In this document: piece by piece, positions 1-19,166 of the stretch
Position numbering within the stretch: position 1 is the first letter of the stretch
Layout: the number at the start of each line of letters is the position of its first letter
NCBI GenBank assembly: GCA_029953675.1
Contig: JAMWBK010000004.1
Span: 186,001 to 250,000 of the forward strand
DNA length: 64,000 nucleotides
Reading direction: 5' to 3'
Source of the DNA: Rhodosorus marinus CCMP1338
Lineage: Eukaryota; Plantae; Rhodophyta
The notes under the pieces: generated by a model
Told to the model about the DNA's origin: nothing
The model's input: only the letters and a program-made list of their open reading frames with translations
The model's database searches: none
Program-made: the position numbers and the translations under genes

Positions 1-3000
1 CGTCTCTCGTAATCTCAGGAGAGGACCCACTCCTTCTACCTTTTAACATTGAGCCGTTACTTCTCAACGGAGGCAAAGAAGGTGCGACAACTCTCGGACC
101 ACCAGTGCCATGTGGTGGCAGTTGTGGCGGCATCATAGGAATTGAGCCTGGACCACTAGAGCGGTGGCTCATCAATTCGTGATTGGAGCTGCTAGTAGGC
201 AATGCTGACGGCGCAGATTGCAAGGTTGTGATCTGCTTTTTGTCGGCTCCGAACCCCCCTCCAGACAGCAGGTTTCCCAAACCGCTCGTCCGCTTTTTCA
301 AAGAACCATCAGTCCCAGCAGCTGACGGCGGTCTGTTCGGCTGCATCAGTTGAGGGTGTTGGCCAACTGGTTGTACATGCAACTGTGGATCCGAGTATAC
401 CCGTGGAACTTGATCCGGGTTCATCTGAGCACCCTGTCCTTTTCCCACAGAGTCACCCACAGGCTGTCCTCTGTCATCTCCAGCCTCCGCGGGGGCAATA
501 ACACCGATCGCACTCGCGACCAAAGAATCCCATACCTTCTTCTCCTTGAGGGACCCACGCTCCTTCAGAATGTGCCCATCTACGTCTGCGGCCTGATCTG
601 CCGAAGAGCTGCCGAACACTTTCGACAGGGCACTTCTCAGAATGCCTGCACCCCTTTCCTTAATGCCATGCTTCTTCCTAAGCCTCGTGTCGAACTCCTA
701 ATCAAATCGTGCAAGATTTGAGATATGACGCAAAGGTTGACGGACTCCGACCCAGAACGATCTCATAAGTTTGAGGGAAGCGCTAACCTGGAGCTGAAGA
801 AGGAACGCTCTTGAGTAGCCAAGGTTCATTCCCTTTTGAGCGGACTCGTACGCTTGCATTGTGGACAACGTCAGATCGCAGTAGGAGGAAGCCAGGTCCA
901 ATTCTCCGTTATCCACTAGAGACACGGCAAAACTGAACATGAACGGAAGCAGACTTGCAGACACGACCGGGTCCGTTTTCGCCTTGAAAGAACTATCGAA
1001 CATTAGAGTAATGAAGGCACACGCCGCAGAAGAAAATCCAGTTCTGCGGCCCTTGCTGCTTCTATGATCCGCTCCCAGAAGCACTATCTTTGACGCAGGA
1101 TCATCGTGCTCAAGCATTCTCCTAGCTCCAATGTAGCACACGTGTGCACCGGGGATATTACCTTCCGCGAGCAGGGTTTCCGCCAAAGACTCCAACGTCT
1201 CCTTGGTCCTAGCACTGTCACCACCACAACACACCAGGGTTGCAACAGTTGAGTTCCAGTGCTGGCGGGCCTCCTTTGCACCATGAGGTCCCCGGACTGT
1301 CCCTTTGAAGTCCTGAACTCTGTCAGCTAGCGACAAAAACAGCGTCTGAAGTGGACTCCCATCAACCAGAGATGAAAACGCGTACTGTTCCAGAGTTGAC
1401 CGATACGATTCCCTAGCACAGCGCAAACGGTAAGCGAACCGGGAGGCATTTAGTTCAGCAGCGACGGCGAAAGTACCCCATGTAACCCTCGAGAAGACAC
1501 TTACCGATCCAATGTTGAACTCAGCACAAGGGCCAGGTCCCATAGCCCTGCTTCCTTTGCGAGTTTGACCGCTTCTTGAGTACTACCATTAGCGAGAACC
1601 TCTTGCATCTAAATCACGCATATAAAAATACGTAAATAATGAAGAAACGAACGGGATGAGAAACCATCTACGAACTCTTGGAGGAGATCAGGTCGTTTTG
1701 GAGAGGTCGCACCTTCCTAGCAGACTCTGCCAATGTCTCCAGCTTATTGGAGTTCGCCCGGAGCGGCGATTTTAGTGCCGTCTGCTTAGTTAGCTGCTGC
1801 TGGACAGCGATCACGTTTCCGTTGATAGCTTGAGCAAGAGAAGCACAGTCCGCATTCTCATTCTGATACAAGGCCTTGAGGATTCTCCAAAGTGCCTTGA
1901 AACCCTCGGCTGCGGTAGTCACAAGTCGCCAGCAGACGAGTGTGGGGTTAGCTCTCGCATCAATCAAGTCAAAGAACAGAATTCTGCGCGCTTGACCGAA
2001 AGCTACGGTGTGTACGCGATCCTACCGTTCATCCTGTTGGGATGAGAGAAAGTTGACAATCGGTCACACATCTCCAACAGTCGTTGTCGATGTTTTGGTT
2101 CAGCCTTCGCGTCCCCCCTCATCTCAATACACTCGCGCAAAACCTTCGCATCATAATCGTTGCTTCTCTCAAACAGGACACTTCCAAGATCATACACCCG
2201 TAGCTTCCCCGGCTGACATCCCCCGTACGCCTGGTTCGCTGCCGACATGCATAGCAACGAACCACCAAACCCAAAGCTCACAATAGGACCGCCGCGCGGC
2301 AACATCGCGCTCTCTAGATTCGGAACAAAAGTCATTTGTTATTCGCTTATTTCACAGAGCAGCTTCAATAAATGACCATACAATGATCGATCGACGGTGA
2401 GACAGTCCAACTGGGTGCACGTACGTCTAAGCCCAGCTTGGGCACCGAATTGTCCTTCTGCCATCGTCGTCTGCGGTAGTGGCATCTGCGGCTGTCCCAG
2501 GGCTTGCATGCCTTGCAGGTCTGGCGGAGGGTTCCGGGGGGGCATCATCCCGGGACCAGGATCCAACCCACCAGGCATCGGAGGGACATACATTCCCGAT
2601 CCCATGCCCTGCATTGGCGGGGATTGGATTGAATTATATGGCTTGTTTTCCGGTGAATAGGAAGGCAACAGACCTCCGGAGTTTTGCTATCACGTGAGGA
2701 AAAACATGAGATCTCTAACTTTAAGTTGCGCATCGATACGTCAGTGGGATAGTGGGATGCGCAAAATTCACCTGCTGCCGTTGGGGAGTCCTTCCACTTT
2801 TGGGAATACCTTCGGCACCGACATCCAAAGAAACCTCGTCAGGCATGATGCTCGCCACAGGGTTTGTAATCGGCGGGGAGCCTTGGATATGCTGCGGGGA
2901 GAGGAACGGCGCTGTTACAGGCGCGGGTTGGACTGGTATTGTAGGCGAGACGTTGTTCCTCTTCGCTGGCTGCTCTACACGGCCGATGGTATTGTTGTTG

Positions 3001-4075
3001 ACTGGTTGCTGCGGTAGACTTCTCTGATCACTCATCAAACCTGCCATGAACACATTGTACGGCCGAGCTATTAGTGACCGAGGCCAACAATCGACTACAT
3101 TGAACACCATCGGCTCACACCGGACCCAAAACGCGATTCTCTCAACACCTTACCGACATTGGGGGCCTCCACACTGAGGCCCGGTCTAGGTCCCACCGGC
3201 TGATCGGCCGCGGTCCTGTGCGAATCATGCAGGGGTTGATCATCGCCAAAATCTGATTGGGCTGGCGCCACTGGCATTTTTTGCCGTATAGGCGGCTGCG
3301 GCTGCGACTGCGACTGCAATGGCACCGGGGGTCCCGATGCGCGACTCTGTTGCTGTGACGACTGCTGGTGACTGCTGCTTATTCCAGCGAAAAAGTCTTC
3401 TGCGGAGGTCTTCGGTCGCTGACTGTAGTCAGTGGCTGCGTAGGGAGCAGGCTGCCTACCAAAACCCCGGTTGTCGTAGCCCGGACCCGCGGTCTCCCCG
3501 AAGGGCGCGGTTGTCGGCCTCAAGGCCTGGTTGGAAGGGCTAACGTTTGGGTTTAAGCCATAGATCTGGCCCCCGGTATTCATCTGCCCGTACGCCTGCA
3601 CTGGCGGAGCCTGCGGCGATCTCTTGAACCCCGGATGTCCTCTTGGTTGCATTTGATCCTGCATCTGCTGCTGTTGAGCCTGTTGTGGCATTCTCGGCTG
3701 TAGAATCCTTTGCTGTCCAGGAAACGCGCCACCTGGAGCACTTTGGGGTGGGTACTGACCCTGTTGCTGGTACGGCGCGTGACCAGGCATTTGCTGTTGG
3801 TAAGCTCCAGCCTGTCCCATACCTTGGGCACCGCCTGGAGGCGCGTGCGTCTGCTGCTGCGACATCGCGTAGATCTGCTCCATGGATCTGAGCTGGTCCA
3901 CCCCAACTCGGTTTCTCTGTACATTCTGGTTGGGATCCTTATGGGATCATGAAGAGATAGACGAGTAAGCTTCAACAAATGCAAGAAACTCCGACAGCTA
4001 GACATTACGGGAACGAACCAAGCGTACCCCTTGCTGGTAGTAGTACGGCTGCTGGCCGCCTCCATAGTAGCTCAT
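1..4075 (-). CDS. SEC16: COPII scaffold protein Sec16 homologue, multi-exon, 3' end beyond the left edge
   Basis: ATG at 4075 (MSYYGGGQQPYYYQQG), then a phase-0 intron (GTACGC...ATAAG) into Q/P-rich exons. The central exons carry Sec16 motifs PIVSFGFGG (ORF 2003-2335) and GAHVCYIGA...IVLLGADH (ORF 698-1543). One minus-strand frame stays open from about 650 towards position 1. Confidence 0.85.
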
Positions 4076-6004
4076 TTTCCTATCCACCGGTGAACCACTC
4101 CCACAATTCGGGAATGAACCGCATTCGAATTGAGCCGACACACTCCGAGCTACGCCATTACAAAGACGAAAGCCTCCTCAACTCCCAGAAAACGACGCGT
4201 CACGAAATGGCAACAAAAAAGCTGGTACGCACAACAAAGGTTGGAAATCACACCCGAAAAAGTCGATGCTTCCTCAAACAAAACTCCACGAAGTCAGCAT
4301 ACGGCAATGGTTTTTCTCTCCAACATCCGAATAACGTACAAGAAACGGACTCAAACCTCACACAATCAAAACCCGTTCTCCTCCAACACCCACTCCCTGG
4401 TTCACCTAAGGGCGATCTCCTATACAATGACGGTTCCCACTCTAACAAAGACTTTTTCCCTTCAATTCGCTGTTTAAAACCCTAAACAAATCCATTCAAA
4501 GCTTCCCCTCCTCAGCAGCACCTCTACCAAAGCACTCAGCCTAACCAAAATCCTCCCTGTCCAAGCAGACAATCTTGACTCAGCCCAAGAAGTCTATTTC
4601 TAGTACAATAATTCTACATTAGAGACTACTCTCTTCAAATATGAAGAAACTGTTCGTAATTATTTCCATTACGTTCTTTTATTGATGGCAAGACATAATC
4701 TAAACTTCATATTTTGCAGATCGATCCTTCCCAGCGACAGTCTCCTCCAAACAGCCAGAGAGAGCCCCGCGAACGAAACCTGAAAAAAAAAAAAGCTAGA
4801 ACAGCACATAGTCTTTTTTGATCAGAATTTCCATATTTTAAAAATTGATATCATGACTGAGACCATCATAATTTGAAGCTTTTTGTGAAGATTAAGTGAG
4901 AATGTGCGAAAAATAGGTCATGAGGATATATCTCTCTCATAGTACCCCATCGACTGGGCGAACTGAAGCGAAATGACTTCGGAAAACTGAAAAACTGTTG
5001 CAAAATAACGCTTTTGCAATATGTTGACTACCAGAAGCAAGCCCTGAGGATTGTACGACAGTCCTCTGAGGGGGTTTAGATTCCTTTGCAGAATACTAAC
5101 TTGCTTTAGTCTGGTCTTGTCTTCATCATCCCTTCACCTAATTCATGCCCTTGCTACTCGTCGTCTAAGATATAACGTAGACGCTGGACTCCCGATTAAA
5201 CAATGCATGCAATAAATTCTATGATTATTTAGAATTGATCTGTGACCGTTCGATCCTTGATGTATGTCGCTATTGATCCCATCTGGACGTTGTACTCAGG
5301 GGTTCAAATTACCCGGATTTCGACAAAAAAATCACATGCCAGGGTTCGATTTTTGCAGCCCCACCCTTCAGAAATTGAGATATTTCGAAGAGGAATTGTA
5401 CAAGGGCTTTTGCGGAACTTTTGCACAGGTACAGCAAAAGCCCTTTTTTACCCAATTCTCAAGCTGAAGGATGTGTACCTCTGCCCTTATGGAAACTATT
5501 TCATGACACGCGTGATTGTTTGATTGGAGCTAGATTTATACTATTACGTACTAATAAGTACTGTCAAGGTAAGGTGGTAATAGGGCATGCCCCATAGGAG
5601 CATAGGGCGGGCCCTATCTGCCCTATGCATATTGTGGTACTAATTTCAACGGTTTTGCCCTAAAATATGCCCTATACAATGGTCAAATCGTCATTCCAAA
5701 AAAAAAAACAAAGTCCTAATTACTATGAAATTCGGGTCTGCTGCATTTTATAGCGGACGTATCTGGACCTTTTCTTATCGGGAGGATATGCGAACCCCAG
5801 TGAACCTGTCTCTACCCCTCCCGATTTCAAAAGCTCCAGCTCAGTTGTGCAGGGTCCCTGAGGATCGCTTGCACACACTGAATATGGTATCAATTCAGTC
5901 ATGTAAAAATACACTAATAAAAACATATAGAAGCAAGTATGGGGACTTGGCCTTGCGGGCTTTCTACGCAGCAGGCGAGCCTTTTTCTTGGGCTGATGTC
6001 GCCG

Positions 6005-8685
6005 CTACCACGTGGTTGGATACAAGCATAGTTCTTCTACGGGGTCGAACATCACGAAGCCATGCTTCTCAAAGCGTTCCTGCTTTGCTTCTGATCCCTT
6101 GATCCAGTTGTTGTGCAATATGAACAGATCGGGGTAGCGCTGTGGTATGGTCCCATAGGTAGCGTTCCATATACCGAGAGTGATCCCGTTTGGGTATAGC
6201 TTCCGGTCCAATAAGCGGACTACCATACCGTTGTAAGCACAGCGATCATCACCAATAGTATTCTCACCATTCTTACCGCACATTACATCCCAGAAGCAAG
6301 GCTGTTCGGTCATGGCGCTTTTAGTTGCGAAAGCCACGATATCCTCAAACGCCTGGAAGACGGCCAAAAACCAACTTGAGGCTACTGTGTCACACGCGGA
6401 AAGAGAATGTTCGCCCATGAACTCAGGACGAGGCCTTACCTTGATTGTTGGAGGATTGCTTTTCGCCAAGTAGAACCCGCTGTTGATTCTGCGATAGCCG
6501 TTTAATTTTTCGTCGTCCGGTGCGTTCGTTTGAATCACTAGATCCACTTGATGGCTGATAAGGTCTGGAAGGGGGTTCTTAAACCATATGATATCGCAGT
6601 CCGTCCAAACCACATTCACCCCCATCTTCAATAGCCGCACCACAACGCGAGATTTCATTTTCGTTAGCTGCTTGAACGCATCAGTGCCGTACGAAGCATG
6701 TGCTACAAGCGTGTTGTTCAGTTCCCCGAAAATCGTCCTCTCAAAGTATACAGGAAGCCCTGCCAAACGAGGAGACGTGGTGTCGGTTTCATATTTGTCA
6801 GCGAGCGTGCTTCCCGCTGACGTTCCCGGACTTCCCATCTTACCCCTGACAAAGGCCCACTTGTAGAGATCTTCATCGAGGGCTGCAATGATGAAGTTGG
6901 ATACTCCTAAATGCCTCATGTTACAAATCCAATTCATCATGATCGCTCGGTACCCAAAGTTTAGTGCCGTTAAAATTACAGTGTTCGAATCATCGGTCTG
7001 CTTCTGCACAAGATCTTCAAGGGTCAACGGCAGACCGAACTTTCGATCTTCAACTTTCTCCTCAGGGACAACCTAAGCGATGGGTGGATGGATGTATCAG
7101 CCTGAGAGCTCTCTCCTGGCTTCAGCTCCCTCTTCCGTATCCGTTGGTGTTCCACTTACTGGAATAATAAAATCTTCTGGGTTCTCGACGGACTTTGTGC
7201 CGCACTGAATGACCCTCGAACCGTCTTTTATGACGGGGTCAGTCTGCGTGGCTGATGAAAAGCTCGAAAACTCGCAAGGACAAACGCCGGGTCTTCGTCG
7301 CTGCAGGAGGCACATTCCGCCAACTTCATAACATAAAGCTAGCTTCCAAGGTGCGTAAAGTACGCTCCTGCGTTTTTGCAGAGTGAAGGCTGATCAGGAC
7401 AAGGCACCGGCTAATGAATAAAAGGCCTGGGCGAAAGACTTACCCCAGTTGGTTTTTATAAGTTCCAACTTGAAGAGACAAGTAGATGTTGACGAACAGC
7501 TCAAACTTCGTCCTCTTCCCTTCTGACCAGAACTGCGCGAGAAGTCGTCGTCGCTTACTATCCTCCGCAGAAACAAGGTGATAGTCGTGTCTTATGTGAA
7601 CGGTTAAACAGGTTTCGGAGACGTCCACCACCTGCCTATGCCCCGCAGCGATTGTCTCGTGAGTAAGCCAGTTGTCATATTTACCCCGACCGAACACGAA
7701 ATGAGGCATGATGGGGTCAAAGAGACGCGGTCCATCTGTATTCCAGGCCCAGATGTCCATTCCTCCGTAAGTATGTAGAGTACCATGTTCAAGCACATGT
7801 TTTCGTATCTAAAGAACAAACGTGAGCGTACGGAAAGACGAGGAGAAAGTTTCAGTCATCCTATCAAGCGACGAACGACTGGACCATCGCTATCCTTCAT
7901 CCAGCCCCAAGAAACGCAACCGAGCCTTGGAAAGATATCTCGTACCTGACTTGTATAGTCAGGGTCGGTCTCCTGGACATTTGGAAGTCCGTCAACGTCA
8001 TAACGAGCTCCTACAACGAGGAAATCTCGAAATGTGGAGACGACCTTGTTCATCGTAGTGTAAAAGTCCTCGAACAGAAGGATATCACCGTTGATAATGA
8101 CCGTGATCAGAGCAGAGGAATCGTTCGCCCTCTGTATCATACTATTAAATAACGGAACACCGAGGAAGTTCTTGTCAACTCTTCCTTCGATGTTGAGACC
8201 GTATTCCGCGGCGACTTCATCATAGCCTTGCTCCCACCCGAGCAGTGTGATCTTCGGTCGAAAAGTAAACAAGACATGTTTTCACTCAGGTTCAATTCAA
8301 AGCTAAAACTGGCCCCTGCTTAGACTGCGCAGCAGATGGACGCAGAACGACGTACCCTTGGCTTCGGTTCCAGACGCAACCAGGACTTGATAGCCCGCAG
8401 GTTATTTTCATTGTCTATACCAACGAAAGGCTTTGGCGCCGAAAAAATCTCCACCGACATCTGGTTGAGCCTTTCCGAATGGTCACCAAAAGGACTATTC
8501 TTCTCCACGCTCACTCTCCGAAAGTTCGACACCCCAGCATACCCACGGTCCCGATCCAGAAATATCTGAACCATAGACAGAACGAGCAGTAGCCCGCTCC
8601 AGAAAAATAACCACGTGGACACATTCGACGGCGGGTTTCTCGGCTTTTTCGGCTTCTCCCTCTTGAACGTCCCCCTTCGTATCAT
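6005..8685 (-). CDS. RAY1: Beta-arabinofuranosyltransferase RAY1-like protein (N-terminal GT-A-like domain plus GT77 nucleotide-diphospho-sugar transferase), type II membrane, multi-exon
   Basis: ATG 8685 and a TM helix (WLFFWSGLLLVLSMV). Motifs EIFSAPKPF...RAIKSWLRL, FLGVPLFNSM, INGDILL, YGGMDIWAWN, FGRGKYDNWL and CPCE. The C-terminal GT77 domain has NWICNM, WTDCDIIW (DxD), INSGFY, EQPCF and LHNNWIKG. Confidence 0.8.
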
Positions 8686-11082
8686 CACCCCTAGAAACTC
8701 AAAAACCTCAATTTAAACCCAACCAAACCCCAATCCAAAACCATAATCCCCCGAAAAAAGCTCTCAAGCTTCATAAACTCATCCCTTCCATCCCCATCAT
8801 GATACCCTACAATCCCCATCCCATCCCATCCCTTCCAAAGCTTTCCCTCGCCCTCCACAAATCCACTCGGAGGCACTCTTAAATGTTGAAAGACCTTCGC
8901 AGCTCGTCAAGAAATAACGAAGACTTTTCCACCCACAAGGCAAGAAACCATCAGAAAATAAAACAAAACAAATAAATGAAAATTTTGCTGCACGGCAATT
9001 AAATTTAAGTGTCACCTAAATATTCAGTCTAAATTATCAATCTATACATGATAATATTTATGAAATAAATTTTTATTCTCTATATATGATTGAATATGGG
9101 ATGACGCTTTGAGTAGATTTGTTGGAGGTTGCGGATGAATCAAAAGATATAAGTGAAATTTAGGTTTTTGCCTCGTGAGCGGTCGATGATGTTGAGAAAA
9201 ATTTGTTTTGGTCGGACTTCTGTTTGGTGAGGGTGGCGGAGGGTGGTGGAGGGGTTGAGGAACAAGAGTGAGGTGAAGACCATCTACTTTAGCTACGGAA
9301 TGTAGCGCTAGGGATAGGCAAGATAAGGAAAAAACCTAAGCCAGGGGCCAAAAGGTACTTAACCAAGCTTTCGGTAGGGAATTTTATGCTTTGCTCCGAC
9401 ACGGTTTGTGTGATTATGCCAGAAGGAAAATCTTGAGGAGAAACCACTTTCTCCATCAAGCGATTTCACGGTTGAGGTAAGGCAGACGACGTCAGGTTTA
9501 TGTCTCAGCTTGCACACTCTTTTGAATGAATGAATTGGAGCTGGGGAACGGAAAAAAGTAGATGGACAGAATACCGGGTGGGGAGTTTTCGTCTTCTCCA
9601 GCCGTTTTCAGTGCAAGATGTGTGCGTGATTTGGAGGGGTTAGTGAGCGAATATCCATCTTAAAAGATATCGAGTTTATGATACGAAAGGTCCTACCGTA
9701 AATGGTTCTTCTGGTTCATGTTCTGATTAACGGTCCTCGATGACTCAGTAGGGGGTACGAATTGAAAAAAGAGTAGATTGATTACTGGAATCTCAGATTT
9801 CCTTCTAGTGAGCGGTCGTCTGCACGGTGATTGCGTGATTTAGAACGTGCGGTAGTCAGTTACGAGCTGCGCTTCGGGAGATACTTTCTGAAGTCTTGGA
9901 ACCATGTCTCAAACTCTCCATCAGTCATCAGGAACCAAATGAAACACGTGAGAGAGCGGGTCAGTTCGTTTGTTAACCAGATCACTGACCGACGCCTTGA
10001 GCACTGTTTAAAGACGTCACCAAAGATTTAATGAAGTCAACGGGGCTACGTCGATGGTTCTTCAAAGGGATTAGGTTGATTGAACGGATTGTCCTGAAAG
10101 AGCGTGTTAGCGTAGCACTCACGTTGGTGAAGTGGCGTCGGCAAGGGTTTCTAATACTCATTACGACGGGTTGCGGCCACCCCTACTGAACATCAGTTTT
10201 GGATATGGCGAGTCCAGGTAGAGTCTAGTGCTGACCGGCTTCCTATGTTCTTGGACACAAACAGACGTTTTCGCGACTGAGCCAAGGGAGGTTGTCCTGC
10301 GTGACAAAACACGACTGGTAGAACGTTGACAATCGGCGACTGTTGCTATTGAGATCCCGCTGGTACAACTTCAGCAAGTTAACCGCCGCGTTAAATTCTC
10401 TCCGATCCTACGGCACTCGGATATTCAGCTTTCTGCTGAGCTTTCGTACCACCGAGAGTCGGTCTGTGCAAAGCTTGTTCGAAGTGTTGATGTTCTCCCT
10501 GATGGCTTGACCATTTCTAATCGTTGCCAACGTTCGGACTCGTTTCTTGTCACGAACGAACCGCATACAGGATTAGGCTATTTCCTTTAGACCTTGGGTA
10601 GCTGGAACTCCTTGGTTCACAGAGACCCCTTCCCGCAGATCGCCAAGAACAAATTTTGCTCATCCTAGGCGTTCAAGGAACTGTGCGTGGATATACCGAC
10701 GCAAAATTTCCCGAATCGGGGTGCTCAAACTGTCAGTTAACGGCAGTGAGGCGACAGTAACCGACCCGCAATTTTTTACCCCTCCATCCTCCGTAGGTAC
10801 GTAGACTAATAGGCAGCATACCCCGTACGCCCAGTAACCCCCCTTTCCTACCAAAGTGTGCTCGGATGCGTCTGTTGCTTCATGCTAAACACGTCCCATC
10901 GATCCATTCCCACATACTCAGTTTACCCTATTTGCTCCACACCTCATGAAACTCTTTCGATTATTACAATGCTGAATAATAGTAAATTAAAGTCCTTTTG
11001 TTTTGTTTTATAGGGATTGGTATAGGGGGGGCGAGGAATACGTTTGGAATTTGCTTCCAATCTCTGGAATGTGGGAAAGCTA

Positions 11083-16761
<5,679 letters not shown>

Positions 16762-19166
16762 GCGATTTCGCAACTAGCCCTTTCAGCAGCAAACACCTCC
16801 AAGAAGAGAGAGCAGCACAGGTCGAAAGTGCAGGATAAACAGAAATGTACAGACTGTGCATGGATTGTGCCCTATTAAAAGGAATTTGTTTCCGCTCGGA
16901 GTTTGGTACTGCGTGACTTCAAGCTCCCCAAATGGAAACACAGCCGAGGGGGGTCCTAAACGCGAGAACTAGTACTAAAACTACCTAAACTACTAGTAAG
17001 GTTTTTCTGACTTCCACAACATTCCGAGAGATCGACTTTAAATCTTCGCTCGGCCCTAAGCAGCTAGCGGAGGCGTCTTGTACAAGCTCTACTATACAGG
17101 ACTAGGAAGACTCATTTATACTAATCCTTCATGTAGTTCAATAAAAAACCTAGTGCAAGACTCAGTGCGGAATGGAGTCAGACTCTGAGCAGAGCTAGCT
17201 GCACCGGATCCAAGGAAGACTGCCCCATCCAAAGCGTACCCTCGTGCTCGATGATTCCAAGCATGCAGTGAACAATAGTCAACCACCATTCTACAACTAC
17301 CTCACTCAGAAGTTTTGCTTTCCTTAACAGTGGTACAAACATCACGCGTTTATTCAACAGACGAGACCCGCTCTAATTAGATGGCACACGATACATGACC
17401 GCTCGTGCTCTGGGTCATGGACCTGCTTGTCGTACAACTACTTCACAATGGAGGAAAGCAAATAGTTCTAAGCAATTCACTGAACTACATTACGAGTGGT
17501 GGGTTCTGGTCACATGAAAAGTAAAAGCTATCAATTTCACGAGTTCCCTTGAAAGTTCAATCCCCCGTCAATGAGCCCCGTACGTACAACAGAGTACATA
17601 CTATTTCGAGTGCAGGGTGTGGCCCAACAAGACTCCATGGATTACAGGACTGAATATTCATTAACGAGAATTTCAATCAAACTCGCTTGAATGAGGCCAA
17701 GCAGAAGCGCATGCCTTCCTCCGTTGCATTGAGAAGAACTACTAGAAGGAACTATCCACGAAAGATGTGACCGTGACGATGCAAGCCAATTAAACTCGCA
17801 AGTACCAATCGGTTTCACGCGCTCGTCCCGGTAAAGAAAAAACCCAATACCCTTCTAATCGATCAATGCACACCACCCAATTCCCCCCCCCCTGACACAG
17901 TCTGCGATCTCAGGTCAGGGCATGCTGCCCATTCCACACCCGCTCTACCCGTTAAGCGTTGTTTACATTGTCTCCATAATAAAGCTTGAAGAGTGAACCA
18001 AATATTATCAGATTCTGATAAAAAATCCATCTAAATGACCTTAGCTGTTTGTAGTATTTTCTCAAATAAAACAAGAACTCAATCATATTCCATCCTCAAA
18101 CTTGCAAAAAGTCCACCAATTCGGCCAATTTAATTATGTATTATAGTACATTTTAAGGTTACCAATCAACATTTATCGGAAAGTAATGTCTGGAGGATAA
18201 ATATCCATAGGAATCGGGTATTCCGGCGAGATTTTTCTGGGAGGCAAACTATAGCGTATTTCTAGGAGGATTAGTCGGACAGATTTTGTTCGGAAGGAAA
18301 CATATGAGCCTGCGAAACTGGTGGTTTCAGCCGTGACCAGGAACCCCGTCGTGTTCGCTGACCTACATCATGGTGCAAACGCCTTTGGAAAAAGAATGTG
18401 AATTATTTAGTTTCCGTTTCGGGTGGTAAGAGTACGCTCAGAAGTAGTACTAGTTATATCTAAATTCCTTCCGCTTTGCGTTACTTTGCTAGCCGACTTT
18501 CTGCTCTGTGATTCACTATGTAATTTTAACGGCTGACTGTATTTTTCTACCTACATTTAGAAAAAATTTGCAGAAACGTTCGGGGGTGCGAATAGCGGAA
18601 AGACCTATTAAGGGGTAAACAAAAGGAGCCGAAAATCCTAAAACGGTAAGCCCAATCCTTACCCCCCTGTCCACATGAACGTGAACCTCTTCAAGAATCA
18701 AATTAATAGAGGTTCTTGAACGATTGATTAGTAGCCAGGGGTGGTTTTGAATCTAAGTATCTGCCAGTTACAATGCTGTGATAGGGGTAGCGAAAAGGTC
18801 TAAAGACCATGGTTTCTACGTTTATGGGCCAGCTTTTATTTCCGTAGTTTTTGGATACTGTCGTAAAACGTTGTTGATGGAGCTTTTTGATGTCAATGCA
18901 GAGGGGGCAGGTCAACTGGCATTTGCGAGATGAAGTCGTTTGCGGGGTGACCGGTAGGGGTCGTCAGTTAGAAAAGGATATAGCAAGAGGATGGGGAGGT
19001 GGAGTGGAGAGTGGGGACAGTAGGAGAAAAATTCGTTTTGGACTGTTGGTGTGAGAGTCCGATTGAATAGAATTCAAGTCGATGTGGTTGGGGTTAGTGG
19101 TATTGAAAAGGTATTGAGGTGGGATCAGGGTTGGGTGTGGCCATTGGATTGGCGTTTATTGGAAGT

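Noticed and set aside
4474-4486. Telomere-like AAACCCTA motif (also near 54290)
   Set aside because: Isolated single copies, not an array; at most a telo-box-like promoter motif that cannot be supported here.
5280-5360. tRNA T-loop-like GGTTCAAAT/GGTTCGA motifs (also near 11384 and 31305)
   Set aside because: No paired T-stem, D-arm or acceptor stem can be built around them.
16800-19100. Mobile element or ncRNA in the CHD-PPK1 gap
   Set aside because: Only short hairpins (for example CCCCTGAC/GTCAGGGG near 17890-17920); no terminal repeats, target duplication or coding remnant found.
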